Positions 1-9,155 of a DNA stretch of 64,000 bases are shown piece by piece; the first letter of the stretch is position 1; every line of letters begins with the position of its first letter. Both the position numbers and the translations under genes were made by a program. The notes beneath the pieces are model-generated. The model searched no databases. It was not told where the DNA came from and saw only the letters and a program-made list of their open reading frames with translations. The stretch comes from Calditrichales bacterium (GTDB lineage Bacteria > Calditrichota > Calditrichia > Calditrichales > J004): the NCBI GenBank assembly GCA_965267575.1, contig OZ254086.1:2304001-2368000 (forward strand). Direction: 5' to 3'.

Positions 1-2
1 TG

Positions 3-920
3 CTTGAAGAAGCGCAGGGGGCATTGCGCAAACGCGGCAAATCGTGGCAGCCGTTCGATTTGTGGCATTCCGAGGAGATGCGCAAAGCCTACGCTTTTGA
101 CGCGCTGCCCTCAGGTTCAGCGTCGGAGCATCCCGGGGATGACGGCTACCTGTGGGGCGAGATGTCCTGGCCCGAGGCGGAGGAGTACCTAAAGCAAGTG
201 GATGTGGCACTGCTGCCGGTGGGTGCCATCGAACAGCACGGCCCGCATCTGCCGCTGGATGTGGATGCCTATGATGCCGATTACCTGGCCCGCCAGGTGG
301 CCGCCGCCTGCAGCCCGCCAAGGCCGCTGGTACTGCCGCTGATTGCCTACGGGGTATCCTACCACCATGATGAATTCAAAGGCACATTGAGCGTAACCAA
401 CGAAACGCTCGCCCGCATGGTCTACGAGATCGGTATGAGTGTTGCCCGCAACGGCATCAAAAAACTGCTGATACTGAACGGCCACGGCGGCAACGACGCC
501 ACACTCAATTTCGCCGCGCAAATGATCAACCGCGACGCCCATATTTTTGTCGGCGTCGATTCCGGCGAAACCAGCGATGCCGATATCTACGAAATGGTGG
601 AGACACCCAACGATGTACACGCCGGTGAATTTGAAACCAGCACCACGCTGGCACTGCGGCCGCACCTGGTAAAAATGGACAAAGCCAAAAGCGCCGTTCC
701 CGAATTTTCCAGCCGCTACCTGGATTACACCTCGCGCCGCGGCGTCTCCTGGCATGCCCATACCAAAAAGATCTCCGAAGACGGCACCATGGGCGACCCG
801 ACAAAAGCTTCCGCCGAAAAAGGCCGGCGCATGTGGAAAATAATGATCGCTCACCTGGTGGCTTTTGTAGAAGAACTTAAGCGGCTTTCGCTGGATGAGA
901 TACACCAGAAGAAGTATTGA
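3..920 (+). CDS. Creatininase/creatinine amidohydrolase family protein, 5'-truncated by the window edge; probably carries an N-terminal extension or fused domain
   Basis: Motifs PVGAIEQHGPHLPLDVD, LNGHGGN and HAGEFETS. The frame is open from base 3 (LEEAQGALRKRG...), so the true start lies upstream. Confidence 0.85.
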   Translation, partial: LEEAQGALRKRGKSWQPFDLWHSEEMRKAYAFDALPSGSASEHPGDDGYLWGEMSWPEAEEYLKQVDVALLPVGAIEQHGPHLPLDVDAYDADYLARQVAAACSPPRPLVLPLIAYGVSYHHDEFKGTLSVTNETLARMVYEIGMSVARNGIKKLLILNGHGGNDATLNFAAQMINRDAHIFVGVDSGETSDADIYEMVETPNDVHAGEFETSTTLALRPHLVKMDKAKSAVPEFSSRYLDYTSRRGVSWHAHTKKISEDGTMGDPTKASAEKGRRMWKIMIAHLVAFVEELKRLSLDEIHQKKY

Positions 921-952
921 GAATTAGGAATTCGGAATGAGTGGTTCATTTT

Positions 953-1031
953 TGTCATATCGAATCCATACAGCGGTGAGAGATCCCGGATCGTGCGTAA
1001 TCCTGGATTTCTCACATCCGTTGCAATTACA
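953..1031. repeat. REP-like palindromic element with TGTCAT-type end
   Basis: Begins TGTCAT. Internal inverted repeat GTGAGAGATCC (976-986) / GGATTTCTCAC (1005-1015); degenerate ATTACA end. Confidence 0.55.
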
Positions 1032-1038
1032 GGTTGGC

Positions 1039-1141
1039 TGTCATCCCCGCGAAGGCGGGGGTCCATGGCGCTTTAACCGGGGATCATGGGCGGCATTTTC
1101 AAATTCACTTTTTCTGGATTCCCGTTTCCACAGGAATGACA
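1039..1141. repeat. REP/dRS3-like inverted-repeat element
   Basis: TGTCATCCCCGCGAAGGCGGGGGTCCA (1039-1065) and the inverted copy TGGATTCCCGTTTCCACAGGAATGACA (1115-1141). Each arm is itself a hairpin. Confidence 0.75.
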
Positions 1142-1232
1142 ATTGAAGGGAAGGGGTTTGGGGATGGGTTCCTGCCCGTGCAGAGAAAGATTAGGATAAT
1201 GAGAATGAAAAAGACCCTTCGGTATCAATACA

Positions 1233-1280
1233 AATGACCTCAAGACTTCCGGACCACAAAACATCAAGACCACGAGACTT
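1233..1280. repeat. Degenerate 8-bp tandem repeat (6 units)
   Basis: AATGACCT CAAGACTT CCGGACCA CAAAACAT CAAGACCA CGAGACTT, immediately before the epimerase start codon. Confidence 0.55.
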
Positions 1281-1286
1281 CGCACA

Positions 1287-2354
1287 ATGAAAATAAAACA
1301 GACCGAACACTTCCTCGTCGCGATGGAGCTGAGCGAACCCTACACCATCGCCTATGAAACGGTAAGCCACGCCGAAAATATTTTTCTGCGGCTGGAGACG
1401 GATGGCGGTTTGGTCGGTTGGGGCTGTGCCGCGCCGGACCCGGGTGTGACCGGTGAAACGGCGGCCGGTGTGCAAAAAGCGTTGAACGAGATTGTTGTGC
1501 CCGCTCTCAAAGGGATGGATGCTTCACGGATTACATTGCTGCTGGCGCAGTTGCAGAAGCAGCTCGGCGGACAGCCCTCTGTGCTGGCGGCCGTGGACAT
1601 GGCGCTTTATGATCTGCTGGGTAAAAAAGCGCAGCTTCCGCTATGGCGATTGTTGGGCGGCTATCGCGACAGCATTGCCACAAGCGTCACCATCGGTATC
1701 CTGGATACGGAAAACACGGTGCGTCATGCCCGGGATTTTATCGACCGCGGTTTTGTATGCCTGAAAATAAAGGGTGGCAAGAATGTTGATGAAGACATCG
1801 AAAGGCTGATCAAAACCCGTGAAGCAATCGGCGATAGCATTGAGCTGCGTTTTGACGCCAACCAGGGCTACAGCCTGGAGCAGGCCCAGCGTTTTGTAGC
1901 AGAGACGCGGCAATGTAACCTGGAGCTTCTGGAGCAGCCAACGCCGCGTGAACAGCTTGACCTGCTTGGCAACGTGAGCCGCACCGTGCCCCTGCCCGTT
2001 ATGGCCGATGAAAGCCTGATGAACCTGCGCGACGCCTTCAGTCTGGCCCGCGCCGAGCTGGCTGATATGATCAATATAAAGCTGATGAAAGTGGGTGGCA
2101 TTAATGAGGCTTTGTCGGTAAATGCCGTGGCCCGTGCCGCGCGCCTGGAGGCGATGGTAGGTTGTATGGATGAGTCGGCGCTGGCCATTGCCGCCGGACT
2201 GCATTTTGCGCTAGCACGGCCCAACGTCTTCTACGCCGACCTGGACGGACACCTTGACCTGATTGATGATCCCTGCAAAGATATGTTGCGTCTTGAAAAA
2301 GGTATTCTTTATCCGCCCGACGCCCCCGGCCTGGGCATAGAGCCGCGTTTCTAG
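1287..2354 (+). CDS. Dipeptide epimerase (L-Ala-D/L-Glu epimerase, enolase superfamily)
   Basis: KIK catalytic motif, DANQG, EQP, ADES, NIKLMKVGG, GCMDES and DLDG. Confidence 0.9.
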   Translation: MKIKQTEHFLVAMELSEPYTIAYETVSHAENIFLRLETDGGLVGWGCAAPDPGVTGETAAGVQKALNEIVVPALKGMDASRITLLLAQLQKQLGGQPSVLAAVDMALYDLLGKKAQLPLWRLLGGYRDSIATSVTIGILDTENTVRHARDFIDRGFVCLKIKGGKNVDEDIERLIKTREAIGDSIELRFDANQGYSLEQAQRFVAETRQCNLELLEQPTPREQLDLLGNVSRTVPLPVMADESLMNLRDAFSLARAELADMINIKLMKVGGINEALSVNAVARAARLEAMVGCMDESALAIAAGLHFALARPNVFYADLDGHLDLIDDPCKDMLRLEKGILYPPDAPGLGIEPRF

Positions 2355-2369
2355 AAAGCCCCTAAAAGT

Positions 2370-2398
2370 TTGTATTTGTTGGTTTTATGGTCTATCTT
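2370..2398 (+). promoter_or_regulatory. Putative sigma70 promoter of the GH13 gene
   Basis: TTGTAT-17 bp-TATCTT upstream of ATG 2432. Confidence 0.4.
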
Positions 2399-2431
2399 TT
2401 GGCCATTTAACAACCCAAAAGAGGCCCGGCT

Positions 2432-4825
2432 ATGAAACGGACAGGCTTTGCTCTTCTTGCTTTGCTGATCACCCTAAGCTGCAAAAATATTGAACCCGGC
2501 GTATACGATACGTTCGACGTGTTGCGCCTGAAATCGGGGCAATTGAATTCTGTCTACGTGCCTGATCTATTTTACGCGCCCGACTATGTGCTGGATTTTG
2601 AAGCACACGAGCATATCGATCTGATCTATGACGGCAAGGAGCAGCTTCTGGCCAAACCCGATAGCGGTTTTTCCGGGCTCACGTCCATTCGCTTTGAATA
2701 TGCCGGCAACTCTTACGATATCCCTGTTCGCGTAATGCAATCTATGAGCCACACCTTTACCTACAAGGCCGGCAAAGGCTTTCAAAATGCCCGCGTAATT
2801 GGTCAATTTAACAGCTGGAACCGCAATTCTGAGCCTATGATCGATCCTGATGGTGATGGTGTTTATGAGATCACGTATGCCCTTGATCCCGGCCGCTACG
2901 AGTACAAGTTTTATATTAATGACGGCGAAGAGGTGCTGGATCCGTCCAATTCTGTGCGGGTGCCCAATCCTTTTGGGGCTTACAATAATATTCTCGTTGT
3001 TCCCGATCCCGATGCCGGTGCAACCGTCTGGCACATGAACGGCCACATCAATTTGCGCGATACTTTAAAGCTGAACTTTATTTCCGAAAACCCGCGACAG
3101 GAGCTTACTGATCCACCACAGGTTCTGGTTTTCCTGGATAATAACCGCCTTGAAAAAGAAACGGTCAGACACGACAAAAACGCTTTTCAAGCGGCCATTC
3201 CCATAAACAGGCTGCAAGGGCAGCAACGCGTTTTAGTAGGCGTTTTCAAAAACGGAACAGCGCGTCCCTACTACCGGATAGATCTTGTGGATGGTCAGCC
3301 CGCCGGCGGCAGCAAGAAAGCCTTCAGCTGGCGCGACGCAATCATTTATTCCCTTTTTATCGATCGTTTTTATGACGGCGATCCGTCAAATACCAAAAAA
3401 GTAGATAACCCCGATCTGCATCCCAAAGCGAATTATCATGGCGGCGACCTGGCCGGCGTACTGGCAAAGCTGGAAGAAGGTTACTTCAGCGATCTGGGCG
3501 TGAATGTTCTGTGGATATCGCCGGTCAATCAGAATCCCCGGGAAGCCTATCGTGAATTTCCCGAGCCGAATCGCCTCTTTACCGGCTACCATGGCTATTG
3601 GCCCATCGAGCCGGACAAGGTAGATGAGCGCTTTGGCGATTTGGGATTGTTGCAAAAAGTTGTAGAAACCGCGCATGGTCAAAATATTAGAGTCATTCTT
3701 GATTTTGTAAGTAACCATGTACACGAAAAGCACCCCTGGTTCAAAGAGCATCCCGATTGGTTTGGTGAGCTCAATTTGCCGGATGGTCGCAAAAATATCC
3801 GCTTTTGGGATGAATACCGACTGACCACATGGTTCGATACGTTCCTGCCCAGTTTTGATTTTCCCGGCTCGCCGCGGGCGCTGGAGGCCGTAACCGACAA
3901 CGCCATCTGGTGGATGGAGAAAACGGGTGTCGACGGCTTTCGTCAGGACGCTGTGAAGCATGTACCCAATAAGTTCTGGCGCACGCTTACCCGCAAGATC
4001 AAGGAAGAAATTGAGATCCCTGAAAGCAAAAGCACCTATCAAATCGGTGAAACGTTCGGCGGCTATGAGCTGATCAGCAGCTATGTGAAAAACGGCCAGC
4101 TTGACGCGCAGTTTAACTTCAACCTCTTTGAAACCGCCAATTATACTTTTCTGCATCCCGACGGCCATTTCAAAGATATCAACAAGGAGATGTTCAGCAC
4201 TTTTAATATTTACGGGCGCAATCACCTGATGGGCAATCTGATGGACAGCCACGACAAGGTGCGTTTTGCCGCCTACGCAGACGGTGACCTGGCGCTGGAC
4301 AGCGAGAACGCCGTAGAAGTGGGCTTTACCGATCCGCCGCAAATAGACAATCCCGATACCTACAAACTGGCGCGGGTTTACCTGGCGTACATGCTTACTA
4401 TCCCTGGTATGCCGGTTATATATTACGGCGATGAGATTCTGATGACCGGCGCCGCAGACCCCGACAACCGCCGCCCGATGCGCTTTGGGGAACAGCTCAC
4501 CGAAGCTGAAAGGAAAATGAAGGAAGAGGTAAGCCGTATGATCCGCCTGCGCCGCGATAATTCCGCACTGCGCTACGGCGATTTTAAGGCCGTATTTGTG
4601 GACAAAGATATTTACGCATACCTGCGCGAGGACATGCGACAGCGCGTATTGGTTTTATTGAACAAAGGCAAAACGGACCGAACGTTGCAACTTAAATTCC
4701 CGCCCGCCCTGCATGTGACCAGCGTTTTGCCGCTGTATAACAATAAGCGCTTTGTCCTGTTCGAAGATGCGCTGGATGTAGATGCACCGGCTCTCAGCGC
4801 GCAGGTGTTTTTGTTGAAGAATTGA
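2432..4825 (+). CDS. Lipoprotein GH13 alpha-amylase family enzyme with CBM48-like domain
   Basis: Lipobox LITLSC; CBM48-like GQFNSW...GRYEYKFYI; GH13 regions DFVSNH, DGFRQDAVKH, GETF, SHD and YYGDE. Confidence 0.88.
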   Translation: MKRTGFALLALLITLSCKNIEPGVYDTFDVLRLKSGQLNSVYVPDLFYAPDYVLDFEAHEHIDLIYDGKEQLLAKPDSGFSGLTSIRFEYAGNSYDIPVRVMQSMSHTFTYKAGKGFQNARVIGQFNSWNRNSEPMIDPDGDGVYEITYALDPGRYEYKFYINDGEEVLDPSNSVRVPNPFGAYNNILVVPDPDAGATVWHMNGHINLRDTLKLNFISENPRQELTDPPQVLVFLDNNRLEKETVRHDKNAFQAAIPINRLQGQQRVLVGVFKNGTARPYYRIDLVDGQPAGGSKKAFSWRDAIIYSLFIDRFYDGDPSNTKKVDNPDLHPKANYHGGDLAGVLAKLEEGYFSDLGVNVLWISPVNQNPREAYREFPEPNRLFTGYHGYWPIEPDKVDERFGDLGLLQKVVETAHGQNIRVILDFVSNHVHEKHPWFKEHPDWFGELNLPDGRKNIRFWDEYRLTTWFDTFLPSFDFPGSPRALEAVTDNAIWWMEKTGVDGFRQDAVKHVPNKFWRTLTRKIKEEIEIPESKSTYQIGETFGGYELISSYVKNGQLDAQFNFNLFETANYTFLHPDGHFKDINKEMFSTFNIYGRNHLMGNLMDSHDKVRFAAYADGDLALDSENAVEVGFTDPPQIDNPDTYKLARVYLAYMLTIPGMPVIYYGDEILMTGAADPDNRRPMRFGEQLTEAERKMKEEVSRMIRLRRDNSALRYGDFKAVFVDKDIYAYLREDMRQRVLVLLNKGKTDRTLQLKFPPALHVTSVLPLYNNKRFVLFEDALDVDAPALSAQVFLLKN

Positions 4826-5040
4826 TTGAGTTTAAATACGGTTTATTTTGTAGCCGCAAAGGCTTTGCTTTCTATGCAAAAACTCCCATTTTTGAGTTAA
4901 AAAAGGGATAAAAAATGAATAATCTGGAAATTCTTAAAAAAAAGGCAACAGGTTTAAAGCCAAGTGAACCGTGTTGATCTGGTCACAGGAACCATCGTTC
5001 ACTTTCATCGAAGACCCGGGTATTACAAAGACAGAATCTA

Positions 5041-6006
5041 CTAACCGAGCAGTTTATCAAATAGCTCTTCTTCTATTGTTATTTCTTTGAAAATCCTGCT
5101 GACTTCTTTTGCGCCAATGCGCTGGAAATCATCGCGGCGCGGGGCAATCAGCAGCCCGCCCATATCCACGGCGCCCGGACTGATCAGATAAGTGCCCTCA
5201 TGGTAGAACGAAGGCCGGTGTTCTCGTCTGGGATAAAACAACACCGTCCACCTCTGTCCGTTGTGTGTCACCAGCAGGTTAAGCCGCGGTTCATCCGTTC
5301 CCTCCATCAGCTCCGCAAAACGCACGACCATTTTTTGTACTTCAGCGGCCAGCGCCGCGCCGTCCGTGGATGTGAACAAGATGTTGGCCGCGAAATAATC
5401 CTTTAATCTGCTTACCGTGACGCCATAGCGTTGATCAATCGTTTTCAGATTGCTTTCTTGCTTTAGATGCTGGAAAACAGGCAGCCTGTAACGCAGCCCG
5501 GCCTGAAAATGCAGATGCTCCGGCGTTGAAGCACCCGCGCGCGGACCGTTGTACAACACCACGAAATCCTCACCCAACGCTTTGGCCAATGACAGCATGG
5601 CCGGTTCGCGCTCGCTGATGGCCTGCGGCACGTGCCTTTGGTGTACCACAGTCAAATGCTTTTCCAGGATGGGATAAGGGTTGCATAGCACATAGAAATC
5701 ATCAAACACAAGACCGCGCTGTTCCGGGGGCAGATTTTCGCGGCATAAAATACAGTCACGCTTTGCCACTGATTCCGGGTCAACTTTTGCCGTTGTGCTT
5801 TTCATGCGTTTTGGATTGCATTGCAGCAGAAGGTCATAATCACCGAGTTCGAGACGCTTGATTTCAGAAAGCGCCAGCCCGCCGAGGTTTTCGCGCAGCA
5901 TCGGCCAGCTCTGTTCCTGTTGACGCATCAACGCATCTACCTGCACGGCAAGCGGCGTTTCCGCAAACGTGTTCAAATCGTTGTTTTTTAAAATGAAATC
6001 AGCCAT
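5041..6006 (-). CDS. DUF4922 / GDP-glucose phosphorylase-like HIT-family protein
   Basis: QCNPKR, CILC, NPYPIL, YNGPRAGAS and HIT-like HLHFQ; SPGAVDMGG. Confidence 0.75.
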   Translation of the reverse strand: MADFILKNNDLNTFAETPLAVQVDALMRQQEQSWPMLRENLGGLALSEIKRLELGDYDLLLQCNPKRMKSTTAKVDPESVAKRDCILCRENLPPEQRGLVFDDFYVLCNPYPILEKHLTVVHQRHVPQAISEREPAMLSLAKALGEDFVVLYNGPRAGASTPEHLHFQAGLRYRLPVFQHLKQESNLKTIDQRYGVTVSRLKDYFAANILFTSTDGAALAAEVQKMVVRFAELMEGTDEPRLNLLVTHNGQRWTVLFYPRREHRPSFYHEGTYLISPGAVDMGGLLIAPRRDDFQRIGAKEVSRIFKEITIEEELFDKLLG

Positions 6007-6097
6007 AAAATCCGGTCTTTTGGTTTTTTAAAGTTAAAAATGTATGGCAAAAAATAAGCGGCAATGCAGTAGTTTACAAAACACCTTAAGAAGAGTT

Positions 6098-6165
6098 GAC
6101 AGGATTAACGTGATTTACAGGATAGCAAAAAGCAATTTTATTCGCGTTAATTTTGTCATCCTGTC
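6098..6165. repeat. 9-bp periodic inverted-repeat (hairpin) element
   Basis: GACAGGATT AACGTGATT TACAGGAT (6098-6123), with an inverted degenerate arm ending ATCCTGTC (6140-6165). Confidence 0.55.
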
Positions 6166-6186
6166 TTTTATTTAAAAATAGATTTA

Positions 6187-7344
6187 TTAAAGGGTTTCGA
6201 ATGTTTTTTTGAGCCTTTCCGGCCGGTCGCTGATGATGCCGTGCAGGCCTTTGCGGATCAGGCAGCGCATTTCGCGCTTGCGGTTAATTGTCCAGCCCAG
6301 GATCGTTTTAACGGATTGCGACTTTTCCAGGGTTTTCATGTCAAAATCCACCAGCCGGCGATAGGTGGTCCATGGACCGAGTGACAACACGGTGGGCCTG
6401 CCGCTGCTGGCCACGCTGTTGCCAAGCTTATCGGCCCGTTCCACAGCCGAAAATTCCTCCGGATCCAGAACGATCAGCGGCGGCAGTTCCGTATCCCAGG
6501 AAAAAGCGGCCGGCAGATTGTGGCGCTTAAGCTCTTTGATGATCTTTTTGTGCGGGCTGAGGCAGAGAATCTCAAAATCAGGCTTTTCAATCTCCATCAA
6601 CGAAGAAATCCCGGCTGCCATTTTAGTCACATATTTGACGTCCTCTTCAGCAATTTTAACGTCCAGCAGAACCAGGCGTAATTGCGGCCACACTTTTGCC
6701 CAGCCTAAAAATTGCTCCAGCGTGGGGATGGCCACATCGAGACGGCGCGGCGGGCGCTTTTTGCTGCTGTAGCCATAGTGTCGCTGCAGCTCGGTAAGGG
6801 TCAGGTTTTTTACGGGGCGACGCATCGGGCCGCGCATGGGCACGAAGGGTCTGTATTTTACACCAGGCTCCAAACCGGCCTGCCGCACGCGTGCCACAAG
6901 ATCATCCGGATCCCAGTCGTGCCACAGCACCACCTGTTCATCCTTGGTGATGCAGATGTCGATTTCCAGGGCATTGGCGCCAATGCGCATGCCTTCGGCG
7001 CAGCCTTCCAGCGTATTTTCCACGGCATGGGCGGCGGTACCCCTATGGCCGATCACATAAAAGTTTTTTACTTTACCGCGCTTTTTGCCGGGACAGAATC
7101 GGAATTGCTGCCATATCCATACAGGCAATAGACGCAGGCTGCCCACAACCACGCAAACAATCAGCCTTATAAATAAATAGAGGCGGGCCAGCCCGTAAGA
7201 GAGCGCGCGCAGCGCCAGCAGAAAATAGCGCTTGGCGGCCGAGTCTGCAGCGAAACGCCGGATTGCTTTATGACGCAGGCGCTGGTTGTCCTTAAGATTG
7301 CGGCGTGAAACAGCATATTTTTGGCGGCATTTGGTTAAGGCCAT
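6187..7344 (-). CDS. Glycerophosphodiester phosphodiesterase family protein with N-terminal basic/TM extension
   Basis: GHRG, ENTL, LEIDI, VLWHD, WTIN and GIISDRP motifs. ATG 7344 chosen because AAGGA precedes it. Confidence 0.85.
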   Translation of the reverse strand: MALTKCRQKYAVSRRNLKDNQRLRHKAIRRFAADSAAKRYFLLALRALSYGLARLYLFIRLIVCVVVGSLRLLPVWIWQQFRFCPGKKRGKVKNFYVIGHRGTAAHAVENTLEGCAEGMRIGANALEIDICITKDEQVVLWHDWDPDDLVARVRQAGLEPGVKYRPFVPMRGPMRRPVKNLTLTELQRHYGYSSKKRPPRRLDVAIPTLEQFLGWAKVWPQLRLVLLDVKIAEEDVKYVTKMAAGISSLMEIEKPDFEILCLSPHKKIIKELKRHNLPAAFSWDTELPPLIVLDPEEFSAVERADKLGNSVASSGRPTVLSLGPWTTYRRLVDFDMKTLEKSQSVKTILGWTINRKREMRCLIRKGLHGIISDRPERLKKTFETL

Positions 7345-7417
7345 GGGTTCCTTCCGGTTCAGATCAGGTGTAAATATAATAAAGCAAAAGCCCGGGCGCA
7401 TCATATTCGGGCAACTC

Positions 7418-7445
7418 TTGACAGTTATGCAAGACTTTGTATCTT
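7418..7445 (+). promoter_or_regulatory. Putative sigma70 promoter of amn
   Basis: TTGACA-16 bp-TATCTT. Confidence 0.5.
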
Positions 7446-7481
7446 TACCGAATTCACTTTTTTAGAATGCGGAGATTTTTT

Positions 7482-8255
7482 ATGAAAACCAAACTTGAAA
7501 TCGCGAAAAACTGGTTGCCGCGTTATACCGGCGCCAGCATTGACGAAATCGGCAATTATATTCTCTTAACCAACTTTCAGTACTATGTGGAGTCATTCGC
7601 CAAACGCTTCAAGTGCGATATCAAAGGCGAGAACAGGCCCATGCGCATTGCCACCAACTCGCACGGTCTTTCGATAATCAATTATGGTATGGGCTCGCCA
7701 AATGTTGCCACCATAATGGACCTGCTTGTGGCGCGGCAACCGGACGGCGTTCTTTTTCTTGGCAAGTGCGGCGGGCTGAAAGATTCAGCGGAGATCGGTC
7801 ACTTTATCCTGCCCATTGCCGCCATCCGCGGCGAAGGTACCAGCAACGACTACATGCCCGAAGAAGTGCCGGCATTGCCTTCCTTTAAACTGCATAAGTT
7901 TGTCTCCGACAAAATCATCAACCACGGCATGGAGTACCGCACCGGCGTTGTTTATACCACGAACCGCCGCGTGTGGGAGTGGGACGAAAAATTTAAGGCC
8001 TACCTCAAAACACTCTCCGCCATCGCCATCGATATGGAGACGGCCACTTTCTTTATTGTTGGTCACGTGAATGAAATTTCGCGTGGTGCACTGCTGCTTG
8101 TTTCCGATATGCCGCTTACCCCGGAAGGTATCAAAACTGAAGAATCCGATCGTAAAGTGACCACGAATTTTACCAACCTGCACCTGGATATCGGCATCGA
8201 AGCAATGACCGAGATTGAAGAGAAGGGTGAGCAGATTAAGCATTTTAGATATTGA
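7482..8255 (+). CDS. amn: AMP nucleosidase (short form, PNP/UDP superfamily)
   Basis: NWLPRYTG, GMGSPN, LGKCGGL, AIRGEGTS, DMETAT and LLVSD; RBS GGAG before ATG 7482. Confidence 0.88.
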   Translation: MKTKLEIAKNWLPRYTGASIDEIGNYILLTNFQYYVESFAKRFKCDIKGENRPMRIATNSHGLSIINYGMGSPNVATIMDLLVARQPDGVLFLGKCGGLKDSAEIGHFILPIAAIRGEGTSNDYMPEEVPALPSFKLHKFVSDKIINHGMEYRTGVVYTTNRRVWEWDEKFKAYLKTLSAIAIDMETATFFIVGHVNEISRGALLLVSDMPLTPEGIKTEESDRKVTTNFTNLHLDIGIEAMTEIEEKGEQIKHFRY

Positions 8256-8449
8256 TTTGGCCATATTGTTCCATCGCTCAGGTAATACGGTCAGTCTTGA
8301 TCATGACCACGATCCTGCTCATGATCTTTCTTTTCTCCCGTCTGAAGATCCCGGTGAGGAAAAGACACCAACCCCTATAAAAAACATCGGGACAGGCCGG
8401 GGTGACACTAAAAGCCTTTTCACACTGGCCGGGGAGAAGCCGGCTGACT

Positions 8450-8554
8450 TATCATTCCCGCGGATGCGGGAATCCAGTAGAGTGAGCCTTTGGGATGGAT
8501 GGTCGCTATTCACGGCAAAGGTCGAGGTGGATTCCCACTTTCGTGGGAATGGCA
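8450..8554. repeat. REP/dRS3-like inverted-repeat element (second copy)
   Basis: TATCATTCCCGCGGATGCGGGAATCCA (8450-8476) and TGGATTCCCACTTTCGTGGGAATGGCA (8528-8554). Both contain ATTCCC-N8-GGGAAT. Confidence 0.8.
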
Positions 8555-8687
8555 GTTAGGGGGCTCGGTGTGGCTTAGCCGCCAACCCCGATATTTGATA
8601 AAAATATGACAAGTGTAACATTTTGAACACGTTTTTTATATCTCGCCGAGGCGCTGTTATATTGGGCTAAATAAGAAAGGAGGGTTT

Positions 8688-9155
8688 ATGTCTACCTTTC
8701 AGAAATTTCAAGCCTGGGGCGCCCAAAATCTCGATATCGCTTATGAGGTCATTCGTCTCTATTTGGGTATTGGTCTTTTTGTTAAGGGGATTCATTTTGT
8801 CTTAAATGACGGCTATCTGGTCGACCTGCTGATAACGGCCGGTCACCTGGAGTTTGCTGGGACGGTGGTGGCGCACCTTGTTGGCTTTGGCCATTTATGC
8901 GGTGGGGCTTTTCTTGCTGCCGGTCTTATAACACGGACAGCCGCGCTTATCCAGCTGCCGATCCTTGCCGGTGCTTTGGTCTTTGTAAGCGTGCCACAGG
9001 GGCTGTTTACGGTGGGCCAGTCTTTTGAGTTTACGGCACTGGTGTTTTTTCTGTTGCTTCTCTTTGCCATTTTTGGCGGCGGGCGCTGGAGCATGGACCG
9101 CAATATCATGCAAAAAAGATTTACTTCGCGCGCGGAGTCCGTCTCAGAGCGCTGA
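8688..9155 (+). CDS. DoxX family membrane protein
   Basis: Four hydrophobic segments, RLYLG, GLITR and GGGRWSMD; RBS AAGGAGG; extended -10 TGTTATATT at 8655-8663. Confidence 0.85.
   Translation: MSTFQKFQAWGAQNLDIAYEVIRLYLGIGLFVKGIHFVLNDGYLVDLLITAGHLEFAGTVVAHLVGFGHLCGGAFLAAGLITRTAALIQLPILAGALVFVSVPQGLFTVGQSFEFTALVFFLLLLFAIFGGGRWSMDRNIMQKRFTSRAESVSER

Noticed and set aside
1233..1280. Possible CRISPR array in the periodic repeats
   Set aside because: Units are 8 bp and degenerate, with no spacers and no cas genes.
937..1285. Small ORFs (937-1146, 1034-1237, 851-1066, 1073-1285; also 8215-8559)
   Set aside because: They are translations of the palindromic repeats (VIPAKAG, DSRFHRND), not credible genes.
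4962..5004. Imperfect inverted repeat AAGTGAAC/GTTCACTT between convergent genes
   Set aside because: Could be a terminator or a repeat relic, but the pairing is too imperfect to call.
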